Assembly (NCBI GenBank): GCA_022703585.1
Contig: JAKLDJ010000003.1
Location: forward strand, 270,250 to 334,249
Direction of reading: 5' to 3'
From: Candidatus Omnitrophota bacterium
GTDB lineage: Bacteria; Omnitrophota; Gorgyraeia; Zapsychrales; JAKLDJ01
Length of the DNA stretch: 64,000 nt
Position 1 is the first letter of the stretch. Each line of letters begins with the position of its first letter. The position numbers were made by a program, and so were the translations under genes. A model generated the notes under the pieces. That model made no database searches. It had not been told where the DNA came from and saw only the letters and a program-made list of their open reading frames with translations. Below are positions 59,221 through 64,000 of this stretch, one piece after another.

Positions 59221-60060
59221 ATGGAAAATCAAAGCCGCATAACTATAAAAGAAATCTTAGAAAAAAAACGCAAGGGTGAAAAAATCACCATGCTGACCGC
59301 CTATGATTATTCTTTGGCAACGCTTATCGACAAAGCAGGCATTGACATGATCTTAGTCGGTGATTCGCTGGCCAATGTGGTTTTGGGCTTAGAGTCAACC
59401 CGTGAGGTTGGGATGGCAGAAATGCTTCATCATACCAAAGCCGTTAACCGCGCGGTTAAAAAAGCGCTTTTGGTAGGCGACATGCCTTTTGGTTCTTACC
59501 AAAAGGATACCAAAACGGCGGTTGCCAATGCCCGGCGTTTTGTCGATGAGGCAGGTTGCAATGCGGTTAAACTCGAATGGTTTGACGGTTGCCTGGAAGT
59601 TACCGAGGCTATTATTAAGGCAGGCGTGGCGGTGATGGGGCACATTGGCCTGACGCCGCAAGCGGTCGAAGATAAGAAAGGTTTTAAGGTTCAGGGCAAG
59701 GACGCGGAGTCGGCGAAAGGGTTGATTGCGCATGCAAAGGAATTAGAAAAGGCGGGGTGTTTTGGTATTGTCCTTGAGTGTGTCCCCGATTTGGTGGCGC
59801 AGATGGTCACCAAGCAGTTAAAAATTCCCACTATTGGTATCGGCGCCGGACTTTTTTGCGACGGACAGGTTTTGGTGGCGCACGATATCTTGGGGCTGTT
59901 TGACCGGTTTCGTCCAAAATTTGCCAAGGAGTATATTAATCTTAATAAACTGGCCCTCGAGGCGATTATCCGTTACCGTGATGAGGTTGTCAATGGCGCA
60001 TTTCCCGATGAAGCGCACAGTTTTACTATTAAAAAAGAAGAATTGGAGAGGCTAAAGTGA
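59221..60060 (+). CDS. panB: 3-methyl-2-oxobutanoate hydroxymethyltransferase
   Basis: 279 aa. LTAYDY, ILVGDSL and GHIGLTPQ motifs. Confidence 0.92.
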   Translation: MENQSRITIKEILEKKRKGEKITMLTAYDYSLATLIDKAGIDMILVGDSLANVVLGLESTREVGMAEMLHHTKAVNRAVKKALLVGDMPFGSYQKDTKTAVANARRFVDEAGCNAVKLEWFDGCLEVTEAIIKAGVAVMGHIGLTPQAVEDKKGFKVQGKDAESAKGLIAHAKELEKAGCFGIVLECVPDLVAQMVTKQLKIPTIGIGAGLFCDGQVLVAHDILGLFDRFRPKFAKEYINLNKLALEAIIRYRDEVVNGAFPDEAHSFTIKKEELERLK

Positions 60061-60995
60061 GCAACTGCAAAAACCATCAAGACCAGCCCAGCGCGTATGA
60101 ATGCTTAAATTGCAAAAATGTTTATTGCGAACCCTGTGTTTCCGTTCGCAGGATTACCGGTGATTTTACCGCCTATGTCTGCAAAGATTGCGGCGGCAAG
60201 TGCGAGCCGCTCAATGTGATTGCGGATGAAAGGAAGGCAAAAGCGGCGCGGGATAAAACCATTGCCGAAAGAAAGGCCTTTGAAAAAAAGGATGAATCCC
60301 GGCGGCCCATGAAAACAAAAAGAGCTTTTGAACCGAATTTTTTCCTTAGCCTTTGCGGCTCCATTTTCTTCCCCTTAAAAGGAAGGGGATTTTTTATAAC
60401 ACTTTTAGCCCCCGGATTTTTTTGGGGCCTGGATAAATTTCTTCCCGCCGATAATTCTTTGGGGCTCTTGGCCTGGGTGGCGGTGATGACGTTTTTCTCG
60501 ATTTATCTCTTTAGGGTGGTTGAACAGAGCCTGGACGGAAAAAACCGCTTACCCGGACTGCCGGATTTGAAATACTGGCTCTGGATGGCCAAGCCGTCTA
60601 TCCTGGTGGGATTAACGTTTTTTATTTGTTTTGCCCCGGGCAACATCTATTTTCTCCTCCGGCAAAAACTTGATTTTATTTTCGTGTTTCTCTTGGGGAC
60701 GGGATTATTTCTTTTTCCGATGTTTTTAATTAAAATTATCTTATCGGAGAAACTTTCCGATATCAATCCTTGGGCGGTCTTACGGGCGATTGCAAAAACA
60801 TTTTTCCCCTATTTCGCCAGTTGTATTTTTTTAGGCGGCCTGGTGGGCGTATTTTATTATTGCAATCTGGAATTTTTTGCCGGCTATAGGGACTTGGGAT
60901 TAGGGTTAAAATCTTTATTGATGGTGTACATTGCCTTTGTTCAGGCACGGGTGCTGGGGGTTTTTGGGAGATATTACCGGAATAAATTAGGGTAA
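60057..60995 (+). CDS. membrane protein with N-terminal double zinc-ribbon
   Basis: 312 aa, GTG start. CxxC...CxxC...CxxC...C in the first 50 aa, then 6 or more TM helices. Confidence 0.45.
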   Translation: MSNCKNHQDQPSAYECLNCKNVYCEPCVSVRRITGDFTAYVCKDCGGKCEPLNVIADERKAKAARDKTIAERKAFEKKDESRRPMKTKRAFEPNFFLSLCGSIFFPLKGRGFFITLLAPGFFWGLDKFLPADNSLGLLAWVAVMTFFSIYLFRVVEQSLDGKNRLPGLPDLKYWLWMAKPSILVGLTFFICFAPGNIYFLLRQKLDFIFVFLLGTGLFLFPMFLIKIILSEKLSDINPWAVLRAIAKTFFPYFASCIFLGGLVGVFYYCNLEFFAGYRDLGLGLKSLLMVYIAFVQARVLGVFGRYYRNKLG

Positions 60996-61063
60996 GGCGC
61001 GGTCTCTGATATTTTGTTCTACGGATCGGTCGGATTCTATACGGATTTCCTGGAGGGAGAGCG

Positions 61064-61291
61064 GTGGAAGGGAACAAAACAAAATGGTATTTCCGCAAGG
61101 AGTTTATCGTTATCGGATTTTTGATTGTGGGGCCGCTGATTCTTCCTTTGTTGTGGGCCAATCCCGGTATTAGCCGTATTGCTAAATGGGTGTGGTCGGT
61201 GATTTTTATTCTGGGCACCGTTGCCCTGTTTGCTCTGGCTCCGATATTGACGAATAAGCTGATCAGTATGCTGGGGGAAGGCTCTTTTTAG
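61064..61291 (+). CDS. small two-TM membrane protein
   Basis: 75 aa, two hydrophobic helices. Confidence 0.35.
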   Translation: MEGNKTKWYFRKEFIVIGFLIVGPLILPLLWANPGISRIAKWVWSVIFILGTVALFALAPILTNKLISMLGEGSF

Positions 61292-61390
61292 CTGCATGCG
61301 CATGGGATTTCTTTAAAAAATTGATATTTTTTGGAAAGTTCGGGATAAAATTCTTGCTTTTTAAAATGGTTTCCTATAGAATAAACGCCT

Positions 61391-62740
61391 ATGTCGAATA
61401 ATAATTCAACGGCCGGCCAGCCGACCGGGATGGAAAAGGTTGTTTCCCTGTGTAAGCGACGGGGCTTTATCTTTCAGTCTTCCGAGATTTACGGAGGGCT
61501 TGCCAGCGCCTGGGATTACGGCCCTTTTGGGGCGGAACTCAAGCGCAATCTTAAGAATGCCTGGTGGCGCTCGGTGGTCCATGAGCGTGACGATATGGTG
61601 GGTTTGGATGCGGCGATTTTGATGCACCCTGACACCTGGAAGGCCTCGGGCCACGCGGAAAATTTTATCGATATTCTCGTCGATTGCAAGAAGTGCAAAA
61701 AACGTTTCCGCAAAGACCATCTTAAGGGCAAGTGCCCGGAATGCGGCGCTAATGATTTTACCGAAGGCCGTGCGTTTAATTTGATGATGAAGACTTCGCT
61801 CGGTGCCGTTGAGGACCAAGGCAGTGTTACCTATATGCGTCCCGAAACTGCCCAGGGTATTTTTGTGAATTTCTCGAATATACTGGACACCACTCACCGC
61901 AAACTTCCCTTTGGTGTTGCCCAGATCGGCAAGGCGTTCCGCAATGAAATTACTCCCGGAAATTATACCTTCCGTACCCGCGAATTTGAACAGATGGAAA
62001 TCGAATATTTCACCAAACCCGATGATGCCGACAAGTGTCATGAGGACTGGGTACAAAAAAGATTCCAATGGTACCTTGACTTGGGGATCAAAAAAGAAAA
62101 CTTGCGATTGCGTCCGCACGGCAAAGATGAGTTGGCGCACTATGCCAAGGCCTGCACCGATATTGAATATAATTTTCCTTTCGGCTGGTCGGAATTGGAA
62201 GGCATTGCCAACCGCACCGATTTTGATTTAAAACAGCACGCGCAGTTTTCGGGAAAAGATTTGCAGTATCATGATAAGGTAACTAACGAGAAATTCTTTC
62301 CGTTCATTATCGAGCCGTCGGGCGGAGTGGACCGCGCCGCCTTGGCGTTTTTGGCCGATGCTTACCATGAGGAAAAAGTAGAAGGGTCGGCCAAGGAGGA
62401 TGCCTCGAGGGTGGTGTTGCGTTTGAGCAAAGCACTGGCGCCTACCAAGGTGGCGGTATTGCCGCTTTTAAAGAACCGTCCCGAAATTGTTGCCTTGGCT
62501 AAAAAAATCAAACAAGAGCTTCAAAAAGAATTTGTGGCCGTGTATGATGATTCGGCGGCGATAGGAAAATTGTACCGCCGCCAGGATGAAGTGGGAACGT
62601 TTTATTGCGTAACCGTTGATGTCCAGTCTCTGGAGGACAAACAGGTGACTGTGCGCGATCGTGACACGATGAAACAGGAAAGAGTTCCGGTGGACAATAT
62701 CCGGAAATATTTAACCGAGAAATTCTCGGTGAATCTCTAA
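61391..62740 (+). CDS. glyQS: glycine--tRNA ligase, dimeric (alpha2) archaeal/eukaryal-like type
   Basis: 449 aa. N-terminus VVSLCKRRGFIFQSSEIYGGLASAWDYGPFG, class II motifs and the Cys insertion CKKCKKRFRKDHL...CPEC. Confidence 0.93.
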   Translation: MSNNNSTAGQPTGMEKVVSLCKRRGFIFQSSEIYGGLASAWDYGPFGAELKRNLKNAWWRSVVHERDDMVGLDAAILMHPDTWKASGHAENFIDILVDCKKCKKRFRKDHLKGKCPECGANDFTEGRAFNLMMKTSLGAVEDQGSVTYMRPETAQGIFVNFSNILDTTHRKLPFGVAQIGKAFRNEITPGNYTFRTREFEQMEIEYFTKPDDADKCHEDWVQKRFQWYLDLGIKKENLRLRPHGKDELAHYAKACTDIEYNFPFGWSELEGIANRTDFDLKQHAQFSGKDLQYHDKVTNEKFFPFIIEPSGGVDRAALAFLADAYHEEKVEGSAKEDASRVVLRLSKALAPTKVAVLPLLKNRPEIVALAKKIKQELQKEFVAVYDDSAAIGKLYRRQDEVGTFYCVTVDVQSLEDKQVTVRDRDTMKQERVPVDNIRKYLTEKFSVNL

Positions 62741-62764
62741 AAACAAGAAGGGAGTTAAGTTTCG

Positions 62765-64000
62765 ATGGCAAAGAAATACGTGTATTTTTTTGGCGCCGGC
62801 AAAGCCGACGGAAAAGCAGAAATGAAAAATCTCTTGGGCGGCAAAGGCGCCAACTTGGCCGAGATGGCCGGGCATAAAGATTTAAGATTGCCGGTTCCTC
62901 CGGGTTTCACCATTACCACTGAAGTCTGTACCTATTATTATGCCAATAAAAGAAAATATCCGCCTGTCTTAGACGCCCAGGTAAATCTGGCCTTAAAAAA
63001 GGTCGAACAGATCATGAAAAAGAAATTCGGCGACCCTAACGACCCGCTTTTAGTTTCGGTTCGTTCCGGGGCGCGCAAGTCCATGCCGGGCATGATGGAG
63101 ACGGTTTTAAACGTCGGCTTAACCGAAAAGACCATTGTCGGTCTGGTTAAAAAGACCGGCAACGAACGGTTTGTTTATGATTCGTACCGTCGTTTGATCA
63201 CGATGTACGCGGACGTGGTTATGGAAAAGGCCGCCGGCATCGAACCCGAAGAAGGCCAGGGCATCCGCAAGCAGCTGGAAGCCATTTTGGATAAAGTTAA
63301 GAAGGAAAGAAATGTCAAAAGCGATTCCGATTTAGGCGTGGCTGATTTAAAGAAAATTTGTGCTGCCTACAAAGCAAAAATCAAAGAAGTCTTGAAGAAA
63401 GAGTTCCCGGATGACGCGAAGGCCCAGCTGTGGGGCGGTATTGGGGCGGTGTTTGCTTCGTGGAACGGCAAGCGCGCTATCTCTTACCGGCGCATCGAAG
63501 GCATTCCCGAAGAATGGGGAACAGCCGTGAACGTTCAGACTATGGTTTTCGGTAATATGGGTGACAATTCAGCCACAGGTGTTGCCTTTACCCGTAATCC
63601 CGGTAACGGCGAAAATCAGTTTTACGGCGAATATTTGGTTAACGCCCAAGGTGAAGATGTCGTGGCTGGTATTCGTACACCAGCGCCTATCAATAAGTAT
63701 TCCCAGAGCGATCACAACAAACATCTTGCTATCCTAAGTGAATTAATGCCAGATATTTACAAGAAATTAGATAATATTCGTAAACGTCTGGAGTTGCATT
63801 ACAAAGATATGCAGGATATCGAGTTTACCATTGAAAATGGCGTGCTTTATATGCTGCAATGCCGTATCGGAAAGAGAAACGGCCCGGCCGCTGTGCGCAT
63901 GGCCATGGATATGCTCAAAGAAAAGCTTGCCACCAAGGAAGACGTCGTTGTTCGGGTTACGCCTTCTCAGCTGGATGAGCTTTTGCATCCTATTATCGAT
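62765..64000 (+). CDS. ppdK: pyruvate, phosphate dikinase (5' partial; runs off window end)
   Basis: Hand-translated start MAKKYVYFFGAGKADGKAEMKNLLGGKGANLAEMAG. PEP-utilising ATP-grasp domain. No stop within the window (412 codons). Confidence 0.9.
   Translation, partial: MAKKYVYFFGAGKADGKAEMKNLLGGKGANLAEMAGHKDLRLPVPPGFTITTEVCTYYYANKRKYPPVLDAQVNLALKKVEQIMKKKFGDPNDPLLVSVRSGARKSMPGMMETVLNVGLTEKTIVGLVKKTGNERFVYDSYRRLITMYADVVMEKAAGIEPEEGQGIRKQLEAILDKVKKERNVKSDSDLGVADLKKICAAYKAKIKEVLKKEFPDDAKAQLWGGIGAVFASWNGKRAISYRRIEGIPEEWGTAVNVQTMVFGNMGDNSATGVAFTRNPGNGENQFYGEYLVNAQGEDVVAGIRTPAPINKYSQSDHNKHLAILSELMPDIYKKLDNIRKRLELHYKDMQDIEFTIENGVLYMLQCRIGKRNGPAAVRMAMDMLKEKLATKEDVVVRVTPSQLDELLHPIID

Noticed and set aside
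61406-62140. 244-aa minus-strand ORF inside glyQS; also 10625-11143, 11624-12202 and 19748-20260 minus-strand ORFs inside plus-strand genes
   Set aside because: Each is fully nested antisense to a gene with strong homology or a domain call, and none shows motifs or an RBS.

Overview
This 64-kb window is a gene-dense, almost entirely plus-strand stretch of chromosome from an uncultivated diderm bacterium. LPS heptose genes and SPOR, PilZ, ExeA and AsmA-like envelope proteins support the diderm call. I found no CRISPR array, integrase, transposase, phage block or canonical defence operon; the content is core housekeeping. Annotated housekeeping genes: accC followed by an Asp23/AmaP pair, pfkA-gmhA-hldE(C), aroB, uvrB, coaX, groES-groEL, a guaB-like gene with guaA, dnaE, an IHF/HU gene, hisS-aspS, phoH/7TM-HD/ybeY/recO, dtd-tatD, purU, nfnAB-like-panB, glyQS and a 5'-partial ppdK. 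One tRNA-Gly(CCC) lies at 5019-5090. Regulatory features read directly from the sequence: two CIRCE operators bracketing a near-consensus sigma70 promoter ahead of groESL; a perfect 44-bp palindrome between convergent genes at 14.06 kb; several rho-independent terminators. Observations worth a second look:
- A PPi-dependent phosphofructokinase signature (Asp104/Lys124), coherent with the ppdK at the window end.
- A tRNA-adjacent operon of an Arch_ATPase with a DUF234-like tail followed by four nucleotide hydrolases (YfcE-like, HIT, Dgt-like dNTPase, GAF-HD-GYP).
- A bacterial Hel308/Ski2-like helicase, alone on the minus strand.
- An AspRS that lacks the GAD insertion domain.
- A Lys/Ala/Pro-rich histone-H1-like mini-protein.
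- An ExeA(MshM)-like ATPase with a PilP/GspB-like partner beside two stand-alone PilZ genes and a Cys4 zinc-ribbon mini-ORF.
- Tandem paralogous PMT-like/TPR membrane glycosyltransferase-like genes.
The ORF track calls GTG and TTG starts as M, so several starts were re-evaluated.
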